Positions 47,767 through 56,836 of a stretch of DNA of 64,000 nt are shown one piece after another. The notes beneath the pieces are model-generated. The model was given only the letters and a program-made list of their open reading frames with translations. It ran no database searches and was not told the DNA's origin. This DNA comes from an uncultured Candidatus Saccharibacteria bacterium (lineage in GTDB: Bacteria > Patescibacteriota > Minisyncoccia > Phycocordibacterales > PALSA-1337). The stretch is from assembly GCA_964495685.1 (NCBI GenBank), contig CAZBVQ010000002.1:107284-171283 (forward strand), given 5' to 3'. The stretch's first letter is position 1; the number at the start of each line of letters is the position of its first letter. A program made the translations under genes and the position numbers.

Positions 47767-48339
47767 TCAAAGCCGATAATTCTCAATCAAGTCGCCCGGT
47801 CGGGGGCGGCGTAGAAGCGTCAAGGTAATATCGACCGTGACCGTTGCGCTTTCCTCGGGCTCGCCAAATTCTATCGTGTATTTACCCTCCGGCTCGTCCT
47901 CCGCTGGCAATTCCCTGACGATTCCAGCCATGCCAGCCAGCAAATCATGTGACGGGATGTCTGCAAGAAGTATAACGACCTGATTTTCCTCCAAAGGAAA
48001 CTCATCGCCGAATCGTGCACACCGCATCAAACCACGCTCTTGCTCCGGAAGGAGATTTTGCGCCGTGACCCAAACAGGTGTCTCGAACGATCCTTTGCCA
48101 GGCGGAAAACCGTATGCTGAATCAACAAAAATGGCAGCCGCCCGAAGCAAATTCGATGGAAGGTTCCTTGCTGGTAACGTCCCAGCGCGTTGTATTAACG
48201 CAGTCGCTAGATCATTTTGGTACTGAACATCACGCAGTCGTGCAAGGGCTTCAACCAACTGGACAAAACGTTGTTTTCGGGGTTTTGCGTCCTCCTCAGC
48301 CAACGCATCCGCAACCTCATTTACGGCAACTCGTTTCAT
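47767..48339 (-). CDS. DUF4926-like domain protein
   Basis: C-term 'VVILLADIP...LLAGMAGIVREL...YTIEF'. Confidence 0.6.
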   Translation of the reverse strand: MKRVAVNEVADALAEEDAKPRKQRFVQLVEALARLRDVQYQNDLATALIQRAGTLPARNLPSNLLRAAAIFVDSAYGFPPGKGSFETPVWVTAQNLLPEQERGLMRCARFGDEFPLEENQVVILLADIPSHDLLAGMAGIVRELPAEDEPEGKYTIEFGEPEESATVTVDITLTLLRRPRPGDLIENYRL

Positions 48340-48397
48340 ATCTATTAAAAGCTAAAGGACTATGCACCAATCAGTCAATGCAACGTAGATCAAGACA

Positions 48398-49690
48398 CAG
48401 GGCAGACGCATCTAAATGTTTTTTGAAAATGTGTTTGCAAGTGGTTCAATGGAGCCAGCTTGCGCGGCCCGATTTTAAGGTTCCCAAGCGCGCCGTTTTA
48501 TGATTCAAACTGGGGATGCCAATTCATCCCAAACTCAGTTTGATCGAACATTTCCAAAACCTCCCCGATCCGCGCATCAACCGCACCAAGGATCACGACT
48601 TGATTGACCTGCTGGTCATCGCCGTCTGCACGCTGCTCTGCGCCGGTGAGTCCTTCAACGACATGGAGGATTTCGGCCACGCCAAGCACGACTGGTTCAA
48701 AACCTTTTTGCACTTGCGCAACGGAATTCCCAGTCACGACACCTTCAATCGCCTCTTCGCGGCATTGGCCCCGGCGGCATTTCTGGAGTGTTTCGTACGC
48801 TGGACGCAGAGCCTGCGGCAGGCGGTGACACAGGAGATCGTGGCGTTGGACGGCAAGGCGCTGCGCCGGGCCCTGTCCGGCGCGCAAAGTCTCAAGATCG
48901 TGGTGAGCGCGTGGGCGCAGAGCAACCGGCTGGTCTTGGGCCAACTCAAAGTGGACGCCAAAAGCAACGAGATCACCGCCGTGCCCGAGTTGTTGCGCGC
49001 GCTGGAACTGGCCGGCTGCATCGTCACCGTGGATGCCATGGGCTGCCAGAAGCAGATCGCCAAGGAAATCATGGAAGCGGATGCCGACTACGTGCTGGCA
49101 CTCAAAGGCAATCACGAAACGGTGCATCAAGAGGTCAAAAGTTTTCTGGACGCAACACGCGCGGAAGTCCAGCCGCCGCGACCGGTCGGGGCCAAACGGT
49201 CCGCGGCGGCGACGACGTTGGCGCAGTGTCAGACGGTGGAGAAAGACCACGGGCGGATCGAAACGCGGCGCTACTATCAGAGCGCAGCCTTGGAGTGGTT
49301 TGCCGATCGGGCCGAGTGGCCGGGGCTGCAAACGGTGGGGATGGTGGAAGCGATCCGGGAAGTGGGCGCTCAACGGACGGTGGAGCGACGGTATTATTTG
49401 TCGAGCCTGCCGCTGGGGGTGGAAACGTTTGCGCGGGCAGTGCGGGGGCATTGGAGCGTGGAAAACAGCCTGCACTGGGTGCTGGACGTGCAAATGCACG
49501 AAGACCAGAGCCGCGCGCGGGCGGGCTACGCGGCGGAAAATCTGGCGACGTTACGGCGGCTGGCGTTAAACCTATTGAAACGCGAGACGACCAAACGGCG
49601 CGGCATCCGGGGCAAGCAACTCAATGCCAGCTGGGACCATGCCTATCTGCTCCGCCTCCTCGACGGCGAAATTTAGATGCGTTTGCCCTG
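48398..49690 (+). mobile_element. ISAs1-family insertion sequence
   Basis: 20-bp terminal IRs cagggcagacgcatctaaat / atttagatgcgtttgccctg (19/20); 10-bp TSD gatcaagaca at 48388 and 49691. Confidence 0.97.
48516..49676 (+). CDS. ISAs1 (DDE_Tnp_1) transposase
   Basis: DPR, GIPSHDT, ALDGK, KSNEI, DAMGCQ, HGRIETR, RGHWSVEN.LHW.LD. Confidence 0.97.
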   Translation: MPIHPKLSLIEHFQNLPDPRINRTKDHDLIDLLVIAVCTLLCAGESFNDMEDFGHAKHDWFKTFLHLRNGIPSHDTFNRLFAALAPAAFLECFVRWTQSLRQAVTQEIVALDGKALRRALSGAQSLKIVVSAWAQSNRLVLGQLKVDAKSNEITAVPELLRALELAGCIVTVDAMGCQKQIAKEIMEADADYVLALKGNHETVHQEVKSFLDATRAEVQPPRPVGAKRSAAATTLAQCQTVEKDHGRIETRRYYQSAALEWFADRAEWPGLQTVGMVEAIREVGAQRTVERRYYLSSLPLGVETFARAVRGHWSVENSLHWVLDVQMHEDQSRARAGYAAENLATLRRLALNLLKRETTKRRGIRGKQLNASWDHAYLLRLLDGEI

Positions 49691-49810
49691 GATCAAGACA
49701 TGGCATGGCGTAAGAGATTGCCTCCTATTGCCAGTGAGGTGAGATTTAGTCAGGCCACAAGAAGGCGCAGCTCGTGCGGAACTGCGCTTCAATGTCAAAT
49801 GACCAGTGGA

Positions 49811-50032
49811 TTATCCCTTCTTTGCGGCTTTGATCTTGGCCCGGCGTGCCTGTTGAGCCGCCCGCATCTTTTTCTTGGTAGCCGCACTCATAGTGCGTTT
49901 CTTAACGGGCGCAGCATCAGGTGAACCGGAGCCAAGAATCGAGGCGAGTTCCTTTTCCAAACGGGCAATCTTCTCTTTGAGATTGGCAGCACGTCTCAAC
50001 TGTGCAGATGTTAACAATAATAGATTACTCAT
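49811..50032 (-). CDS. Small basic nucleoid/DNA-binding-like protein
   Basis: 'QLRRAA..KEKI..LE.EL' plus 'KRTMSAA...AAQQARRAKIK', a pattern I associate with Verrucomicrobia/Acidobacteria. Confidence 0.7.
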   Translation of the reverse strand: MSNLLLLTSAQLRRAANLKEKIARLEKELASILGSGSPDAAPVKKRTMSAATKKKMRAAQQARRAKIKAAKKG

Positions 50033-50121
50033 ATTGACGGGAATGTATGCGGCGATTTCAAAAATGCAACATAGTCAAATTGCGAGAACAGGGCTCGAAA
50101 TTCCATCCCGTTGGCCACTCA

Positions 50122-50277
50122 CTAGTGGCGTGGTCTGTTAAATACAAAGAACAGAACCCCAATGATTGCCGAGAGGACCAGACCGACGATCACCGCTGCC
50201 CAAAAGGCTCGCCTTTGTTTGCGCCGGAGACTGCGTGAGGAGCTACCAGACCCGTCAGACGTTCGCCGCTCTTTCAT
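50122..50277 (-). CDS. Small single-TM protein
   Basis: Basic N-term then TM helix. Confidence 0.45.
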   Translation of the reverse strand: MKERRTSDGSGSSSRSLRRKQRRAFWAAVIVGLVLSAIIGVLFFVFNRPRH

Positions 50278-50395
50278 GGCGGCGAACCTTAGTTGTCCGG
50301 GTAACCATTGCAAAGGGTATTTGAATCACCGGGGCGCCGAGGTGTGCGCCGGTTGATCAATATAAAGGGACACCGTTTCCGATGTCCCTATTACC

Positions 50396-50512
50396 TCAGA
50401 TGATTTCGATCCGATGAGTTGTCCCGTCAATCGTCAGGTTGATGATGACTGGAGTCCCCACCTTCAAAACCACCATCAGGATTACGACTCTGAGTAGTGT
50501 TGTGTTATCCAC
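50396..50512 (-). CDS. 38-aa small protein
   Basis: GAAAGGAGGTG SD, GTG start, MDNTTLLRVVILMVVLKVGTPVIINLTIDGTTHRIEII*, terminator hairpin 50365-50390. Confidence 0.6.
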   Translation of the reverse strand: MDNTTLLRVVILMVVLKVGTPVIINLTIDGTTHRIEII

Positions 50513-50704
50513 AAAAACCACCTCCTTTCCGAGAATACATATCTGGCCTAAATCCCAAAACGACGGGTATTTTGCCCCTGTGTCACAGCCGGGTACTAAT
50601 GTGTCTCACATTCACTGAACACACGACTCACGCCGATACCGCATACGATCCTGAAAACTTTTGTTTGACCTTAAATCCAGCGGGCGATTAAAAATTCAAG
50701 CCGT

Positions 50705-51055
50705 ATGGAAAACGCGCGACCGCTTCCGAACGCAGAAGATTTGCAACGTCTGGTGGAACGCTTTCATCGGGCACGATGGGTTGGCGGCGTCAGTTTTGTT
50801 TCTCCCGAGCCATTCAAAATGGAATTCACCCTTCTTGGGCAACGGCGAATGCGACAGCTATTCGAGGCGCTCAAAGGTGCCACTGCGGAGAATTTTCCAG
50901 ACGGATCGGATCTTTGCGCAACCGACGCAGGCACAGCCATTATCAATCGATTTGCAGATGCCATGTCGGAGTTGTATCCGCCAGCGCTCTCGCCAGGGGA
51001 AAAGGAAACGCTTGTCGGTTTGACTATTGCATTTGGTAAGGAACGGCGCTGGTAG
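50705..51055 (+). CDS. Hypothetical protein
   Basis: 116 aa ORF, first of a co-oriented run. Confidence 0.5.
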   Translation: MENARPLPNAEDLQRLVERFHRARWVGGVSFVSPEPFKMEFTLLGQRRMRQLFEALKGATAENFPDGSDLCATDAGTAIINRFADAMSELYPPALSPGEKETLVGLTIAFGKERRW

Positions 51056-51071
51056 CTGCACCCAAGGCCCT

Positions 51072-51554
51072 ATGACAATTCAAGAATATGCGGAACCAGA
51101 TTTACACGCTGTGGGTGAACGTATGCCGGCGATCAGCCCATCGTTTCACCTATGGGGTCACACATTTTCGCCGAAACGGGTGACCGAGGAAACCGGCGTG
51201 ATCTTTGCAAAAGCCAATGAGCCAGGCGAAATCAATGTGGCCGGACCTTTCCAGGGACGATCTCTTGATTATGGGCCGGGCTACGGCGCCGGAATTATCC
51301 GGGCACCCCAAACCATCTCCCGTAACGAACGGCTCAACTGGCTGCTTGAGAACGTCCTTGCAGGTTACACTCGCAAATTTCGAAAGGAGTATGGAATTGT
51401 TGAGGAGGTTCTATATTTCACAGCTCATTTTGCATTCAAGCAGCCCTGCTGTCTGATATTGCCGAATTGGCTGATACGATCAATCCCCACTGACGTTCCC
51501 GTCGTCATCACGTGCATTCAAGAAAACGATCCGCCAGACTCGTTCGCTGCCTAG
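51072..51554 (+). CDS. DUF4279-like protein
   Basis: 'SFHLWGHTFSPKRVTEETG' N-terminal pattern; start uncertain. Confidence 0.5.
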   Translation: MTIQEYAEPDLHAVGERMPAISPSFHLWGHTFSPKRVTEETGVIFAKANEPGEINVAGPFQGRSLDYGPGYGAGIIRAPQTISRNERLNWLLENVLAGYTRKFRKEYGIVEEVLYFTAHFAFKQPCCLILPNWLIRSIPTDVPVVITCIQENDPPDSFAA

Positions 51555-51557
51555 CCA

Positions 51558-51926
51558 ATGAATGATTATCGCGATTTCCTTCCATTCCTGAAAAAGGAGC
51601 TTTCTTCTCTTGAGCGGGAGCCGTTAGCCCTGTCGGCCGACGCCATTCTTGACGCGCTGAGCAGCAATGGTTCGGAGGCAGCTGATACCGCAGTCCGACA
51701 GTATGCTGCGACTCTTATCTGGCCCGCCATGTCGGATCGCGTTCGATTCGAGCTTTGCCTTCGCTTGCGAGTGGCCATCTGGTGGATTGAAAGCCTCAGC
51801 GACACATCAAGTGATGGCGAAGAATTGGGCGTCTTCTTGACGGACACGATGATCGACTATTGGCGAGATGTGGGGCGGACTGACTGGATTTGGAACCATT
51901 TTGTAAACCAAGACGTTTCGATCTAG
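51558..51926 (+). CDS. Hypothetical protein
   Basis: 122 aa acidic, Trp-rich. Confidence 0.55.
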   Translation: MNDYRDFLPFLKKELSSLEREPLALSADAILDALSSNGSEAADTAVRQYAATLIWPAMSDRVRFELCLRLRVAIWWIESLSDTSSDGEELGVFLTDTMIDYWRDVGRTDWIWNHFVNQDVSI

Positions 51927-51940
51927 CGAGCGAAAGTGAG

Positions 51941-52624
51941 ATGAACAAAAGAGCACAAGGGGTGTTGCCGACAGACGAGCAGATGCTCAAACTGAAAACT
52001 GAACTCAATTTTCTTTTCTGGACGACAGATGTCCCCGAGGTCCCGAGAGATTTTCCAGTCGCAGTCCAATTTCAGACGACACCGGAGCCAGCTAAAATCA
52101 ATATGCAGTGCACGAGCCATGCGATCGTAACCGCGGCAATTTTCATGGCCCTGAGTTTTGGCGTGACGACACGCGCAGGCATGGCCTTCGTATTGGACAC
52201 AAGCGCGGATGGCAATCCAGATAATGATTTCCTCAATCAGATCGGAAAACACTGGTGGATAACATTGGATGACCACGGCCTCGTGGATTTGAGTTTGAGT
52301 GCGGAAACCGAAAATCCACTGGTTTACTGCAATCGAAGTGTTAGCGGGAATTGGCGTGTTGCCTTCGGTAAAAACCAACAAGAGCTAAACGTCTTTCTAA
52401 AAGCACGACAGCGCGGCTGCTTTTATTTAACGGCTAACAAACAGAAAGCTACAGCGAGCGCGCTCACACAATCATTGGCACAGCCGGTTGCGCCCGCAAA
52501 GAAACACGGGATTCACATTCCCTATGCAAACATCGTTCGCCACTGTGAGGAACTACTTTCGGGCGCTGGGCAATCCCTGACCAGCACAGCCCAGGTCGAG
52601 GCGTGGCGTAAGCTCGCTTCCTAG
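51941..52624 (+). CDS. Hypothetical protein (possible Cys-His-Asp fold)
   Basis: 'QCTSHA','HWW','VDLS' could form a papain/transglutaminase-like triad. Confidence 0.55.
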   Translation: MNKRAQGVLPTDEQMLKLKTELNFLFWTTDVPEVPRDFPVAVQFQTTPEPAKINMQCTSHAIVTAAIFMALSFGVTTRAGMAFVLDTSADGNPDNDFLNQIGKHWWITLDDHGLVDLSLSAETENPLVYCNRSVSGNWRVAFGKNQQELNVFLKARQRGCFYLTANKQKATASALTQSLAQPVAPAKKHGIHIPYANIVRHCEELLSGAGQSLTSTAQVEAWRKLAS

Positions 52625-53010
52625 TACCCCTACATCACGGGCTACATACATGGTCCGTAGGGGCGAGTGCCCGTCACGATTGACTGGCACGGCTTAACCG
52701 CCGCACCACTAGCTCCCCAACGTGTCGTCGGCTACCGCCCGACTTAACGCTTTTTCCCTTCGGGCTAACCGGGTGCAGTCCACTAGCCGATGTCCTTTAC
52801 CCAAAAGCGTTAAGTCGGCCATTATCCGCCGACACGTTGGGGGACTGGTTTTAAGAGAAGGTGCTACCGCACCGACCACCATTTCGCTAACGCGACCGCT
52901 TCGCCTCGAAGGGCGGAGGTGACGACGGTCCCCACGACCGCACGAGTCTGGAAAAAGCGTTGCCGCGACTGCGGCACCTGAAAGGCAGTCGCGCCGACTG
53001 GCGCGTCAAT
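52625..53010. other. Highly structured non-coding region (candidate oriT/sso/ncRNA)
   Basis: Nested perfect inverted repeats of 13 and 16 bp plus several hairpins. Confidence 0.6.
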
Positions 53011-53237
53011 TTGCTGCCCACCTTGGCAAGTTTTGGTGTCTATGCCTCTTTTCCCAATTGGTATATCGTGGGTTTCCCTATTCGGATTTCACAACCAGTC
53101 GCCATTACCTCGCCGGCTTGCCCCAAACCGCAGTTGCCGACGTTTGCAGACAAGAGGGCTTGCGGCAGGGCCACATGAGAAGTCTAAACGACACGGGGAC
53201 TTTTGGTGTGGCAGGGGTGGCGACTGGTTTTGGCACC

Positions 53238-54509
53238 ATGAATGACCACACCATCATAATCGGCGAGCGGCACGGCTGGGGTGATCCTCAGCGCTTTGGC
53301 ATATCTGCGGAGGATCAGCGCCAGCATATTTATATCATTGGAAAGACTGGCTCCGGCAAAACCACCTTGCTGCGCAATCTGATTTTGCAGCACATCGCAC
53401 TTGGGCACGGTGTTGGCCTGATTGATCCTCACGGTGATCTGGCCGAGGAACTGTTAACCCACATTCCACCGCATCGAGCGGATCATCTTGTGTATTTCAA
53501 TCCGGGTGATCTTGAGTTTCCGATTGGCCTCAACCTGCTTGCCGATGTTCTAGCCGATGACCGGCACCTTGTTGCTTCCGGCATCGTGGGTGCATTCAAA
53601 GGCATCTGGCGCGACTCATGGGGACCAAGACTGGAATATATCCTCTACAATACTGTGTCAGCATTGCTTGATTGTCGGAATGAGACGTTGCTGGGCGTCA
53701 ATCGGATGCTCACGGACGACACCTTTCGGGCCAAGGTCGTTCGCCAGATCAAAGACCCCTTCATCCGGGCGTTTTGGGCGGAGGAGTACGGCGGCTACGA
53801 CGAGCGTTTCAAGCGTGAGGCTATTGCGCCGATTCAAAACAAGGTCGGGCAGTTCCTGTTGAATCCAGTCGTGCGGAATATTCTCGGGCAGGTCAAAACT
53901 AAGGTGAAGATTCCCTTCATCATGGACAACCAGCGATTGTTCATCGCGAACCTTTCCAAAGGACGCCTTGGTCACGACAAAGCCAATCTACTCGGTTCCT
54001 TGCTGACGACCCAATTCGAGCTTGGCGCCATGGCGCGGTCGAATCGTCCTGAATCAGAGCGCCGTGACTTTTACCTGTTCATTGATGAGTTCCAGAATTT
54101 CTCAACCGACGCGTTTGCTTCCATCTTGGCGGAAGCTCGCAAGTATCGTTTATGCCTCACGCTCTCACATCAATACATTGACCAGCTACCACTGCCGATC
54201 CGGCAGGCCGTGTTTGGTAACGTGGGAACCCTTATCGCCTTTCGCATTGGGAACACCGATGCCGAGGTGATGGAAAAGGAGTTCGGCAAAACGTTTCCAG
54301 CGAGCGCCATCGCCGATCTTGACCGATATGACGCAATGGTGAAGTTGCTTCAAGACGGATCGAACTGGGAACCGTTCCGGGCGAAGATGCTGCCACCATT
54401 GGAGAATCGCATTGGCCGCAAGGACAAACTCATCGCCCTGTCACGAGAACGATTTGCCACGCCACGCGCCATCGTTGATGACAAACTGAATCGGTGGATA
54501 CAGGTATGA
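53238..54509 (+). CDS. VirD4/TraD/TrwB-like coupling ATPase
   Basis: GKTGSGKTT, IDPHGD, WGPRLE, FIDEFQNF, EARKY, SHQY; start at MNDHT. Confidence 0.9.
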   Translation: MNDHTIIIGERHGWGDPQRFGISAEDQRQHIYIIGKTGSGKTTLLRNLILQHIALGHGVGLIDPHGDLAEELLTHIPPHRADHLVYFNPGDLEFPIGLNLLADVLADDRHLVASGIVGAFKGIWRDSWGPRLEYILYNTVSALLDCRNETLLGVNRMLTDDTFRAKVVRQIKDPFIRAFWAEEYGGYDERFKREAIAPIQNKVGQFLLNPVVRNILGQVKTKVKIPFIMDNQRLFIANLSKGRLGHDKANLLGSLLTTQFELGAMARSNRPESERRDFYLFIDEFQNFSTDAFASILAEARKYRLCLTLSHQYIDQLPLPIRQAVFGNVGTLIAFRIGNTDAEVMEKEFGKTFPASAIADLDRYDAMVKLLQDGSNWEPFRAKMLPPLENRIGRKDKLIALSRERFATPRAIVDDKLNRWIQV

Positions 54510-54680
54510 ACATTCCGTTGTCACTTGAAACAGATCCCTTAAATAGAGCCGGAGGTCCGACGATGCTTGCAACAGTCCCGGAATCTGAAGCTGAAGTGAA
54601 GACCTTGTACGTCTGGCGTTGGAGCATCGTTTTTAACTATCAGTTGACTTTAACGACGCATTTTATAATGTGCCGAAGCG

Positions 54681-56105
54681 ATGTCTGAAGCATTTTGGCG
54701 CGGGGCGGTAAATCGGAGGGCGAAGAATCTCGCCTTGATGAAGCCCTTTTTCGAACTGGAGGATAACAAGGGTCTCCACTTGCAGTTTGACCTGAAGCCA
54801 TACGACATGCATTTGCTCTGCTCTGTGCTGATGGAGTCCATCATCGCTGAGATGGGGGGACTGATAGCCGGCGCACAATACAATGCCGTTTTACGCGAAC
54901 TCTCGAAAGTGGTTCTCAAAGTCAATCCCTCAGCTTCCGCCAGCGAAATAGACCGGATCGCAAGTCATATTATTGGCCATCTCACAAACGAGCGCGGTCG
55001 CAGCCATTTTGAAGCATCATATCAGACGATTCGTGACGATGGCAGTGTCGAGACACTGACCCATCCATTTCGACTCCTTGAGCAGCGGCTTTCACCTGAT
55101 GACGATTTAGTTTATATCGCCACCTCTGAGGCCATCCACATTTATTTGAGTGGTCTGGGTCAAGACCTGGAGGCAGAACAAGCAGCGAATGACGCCGTCT
55201 TAGACCATTATCTTCGGCGTGGCAAGCACCGCGAAGCCGGAGAAGCGGCCGACATGGCACGTAAACGCAGCATTGAGCTGCGTACCCGTCTGCGCGGCTG
55301 GCTCATTGCAGCAGAACGTAGTTTCGACGAAATCCACTATGCGCAAAGCGTCCTTCAGGAGCTTGCGCGGATGCTCCAGCATGTGGAAGATCGGGGTCAC
55401 GTCGAACAACGTCAAATCGAAGAGATTCAAGCCCGCGCACTTCAGTTGCCCCCAGGTGACGAGGGACGTAACACACTGGTTGGGGCCCGTAAAGCAATTG
55501 AGGTGTCTGCCGATGAGCACGTCCGCTTGCTGGCTGACTTGCAATGTTGCAGCCGCACGCTTCTGGATTGGCAATCGCACCACCGGTTTCGACGCGGTGA
55601 AAGTCCGGCGTTACCGGATCCGATAAACGAATTTCTTGAGCCGGTACTGCGACTTACCAGCGGGGAGTTCCTAAATTTCCTTCCGATGCTTTGGCCATTT
55701 GCGGTACCTCCTGCACTTCCAGTGCTGCCGGATTTGCCAGCATTGCTGGATTCCCTGTTGGCCGATACACGTGAGCGGCCAGAGATATCTGAACTCGATC
55801 CAATTGCGGAATCCTATGAGGAGATGGCGGCTCCAAAGCGATTTACTCCCGAGACATGTAAGGCGGTGGAGGAGTTGCTCGCCGGACTGGGCGGAAAGTT
55901 TTCCCTTTCTCAAGCACTGGGGGCCGTTGCAGAAAGATTTTCTTTGGACAGCCCTGAACTCGCCTATGTTGCTGTTCTTGTGCCGCAATGGTTCGAGCAC
56001 GAGCCAGGTGACGGCAAAGTGGCCCATCCCAAAGGATGCGAATTTGAAGCGGCTGGATTTTTTGGAGACGACCTCGCAGTGACAGCAGAAGGTGCCATAG
56101 TATGA
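54681..56105 (+). CDS. jetA: Wadjet JetA-like (kleisin)
   Basis: 474 aa, first gene of four-gene SMC operon; ATGA overlap with next. Confidence 0.7.
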   Translation: MSEAFWRGAVNRRAKNLALMKPFFELEDNKGLHLQFDLKPYDMHLLCSVLMESIIAEMGGLIAGAQYNAVLRELSKVVLKVNPSASASEIDRIASHIIGHLTNERGRSHFEASYQTIRDDGSVETLTHPFRLLEQRLSPDDDLVYIATSEAIHIYLSGLGQDLEAEQAANDAVLDHYLRRGKHREAGEAADMARKRSIELRTRLRGWLIAAERSFDEIHYAQSVLQELARMLQHVEDRGHVEQRQIEEIQARALQLPPGDEGRNTLVGARKAIEVSADEHVRLLADLQCCSRTLLDWQSHHRFRRGESPALPDPINEFLEPVLRLTSGEFLNFLPMLWPFAVPPALPVLPDLPALLDSLLADTRERPEISELDPIAESYEEMAAPKRFTPETCKAVEELLAGLGGKFSLSQALGAVAERFSLDSPELAYVAVLVPQWFEHEPGDGKVAHPKGCEFEAAGFFGDDLAVTAEGAIV

Positions 56106-56830
56106 CATCGGACCAGGTCAACGCTATTTACGAAGCCTCACGCCTTCTTCGGATCGCGCTTAACCCACGCGAAACGGCCGCTCGCAGCGCTGAATATCAG
56201 CAACTTCTCCAACGATTCCATACGGATCCGGTTTTCCGCGACACCACTCGCCAGATTGCTCGCGGTCTTGAACTCCAGATATTCGAACTCGCCCGTGACC
56301 TTGGTCTGGCGATAGTTAATACCGCGGGTGGCCCCTACGCACCTACATTGAATGATTTCCGCACTTCGATGCGTCCCCGCGACCGCATTATTTACGGTCT
56401 GCTTCTAGCCATGTTGACTGCTTACGTATATCCCAATCGGCGAGCGCTAGGTGAACTTGATGACAGTTCGGTCGTTTCCATCGAGTTGCGCGGCTTAGTG
56501 GAATGGGCATCGAGCACAAGTCGGCAGATGAAGTCTGCTGCCAATATTGAGGATGTAGCCAATGAAGACATGCGTGCTGGGTTTGAAGCCATCGCCATAC
56601 TTGAGCCATTCGGGGATGGGCAAAACACCTTACAGCATCGTTTCCGCTTTACGTTGCAGTGGCTTGCCGATCGCGGACTGTTCCTCTATCGAGAGGAGGG
56701 AGGAAAGGAGCTGTGGGTAGCCCGCCCTCACTTCCGTGTCCAAGCCCGCCACCTCATGCAAAGCACGCATGACCGCTTGATTGAATATTTGGGTGCCCGC
56801 GCGGAAGATCCCCGGAACACCTCAACCTAA
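56102..56830 (+). CDS. jetB: Wadjet JetB-like (KITE)
   Basis: 242 aa tandem wHTH-like between kleisin and SMC. Confidence 0.7.
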   Translation: MTSDQVNAIYEASRLLRIALNPRETAARSAEYQQLLQRFHTDPVFRDTTRQIARGLELQIFELARDLGLAIVNTAGGPYAPTLNDFRTSMRPRDRIIYGLLLAMLTAYVYPNRRALGELDDSSVVSIELRGLVEWASSTSRQMKSAANIEDVANEDMRAGFEAIAILEPFGDGQNTLQHRFRFTLQWLADRGLFLYREEGGKELWVARPHFRVQARHLMQSTHDRLIEYLGARAEDPRNTST

Positions 56831-56836
56831 TCTGTC

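Noticed and set aside
48498-49924. Long overlapping ORFs (333 aa minus, 378 aa plus) within the IS
   Set aside because: Shadow frames of a high-GC transposase with no recognisable motifs
50530-50600. c-di-GMP-I riboswitch (ggcaaa / ggcctaaa strings)
   Set aside because: The motifs are on opposite strands and the GAAA tetraloop and GACGCAAA junction are missing
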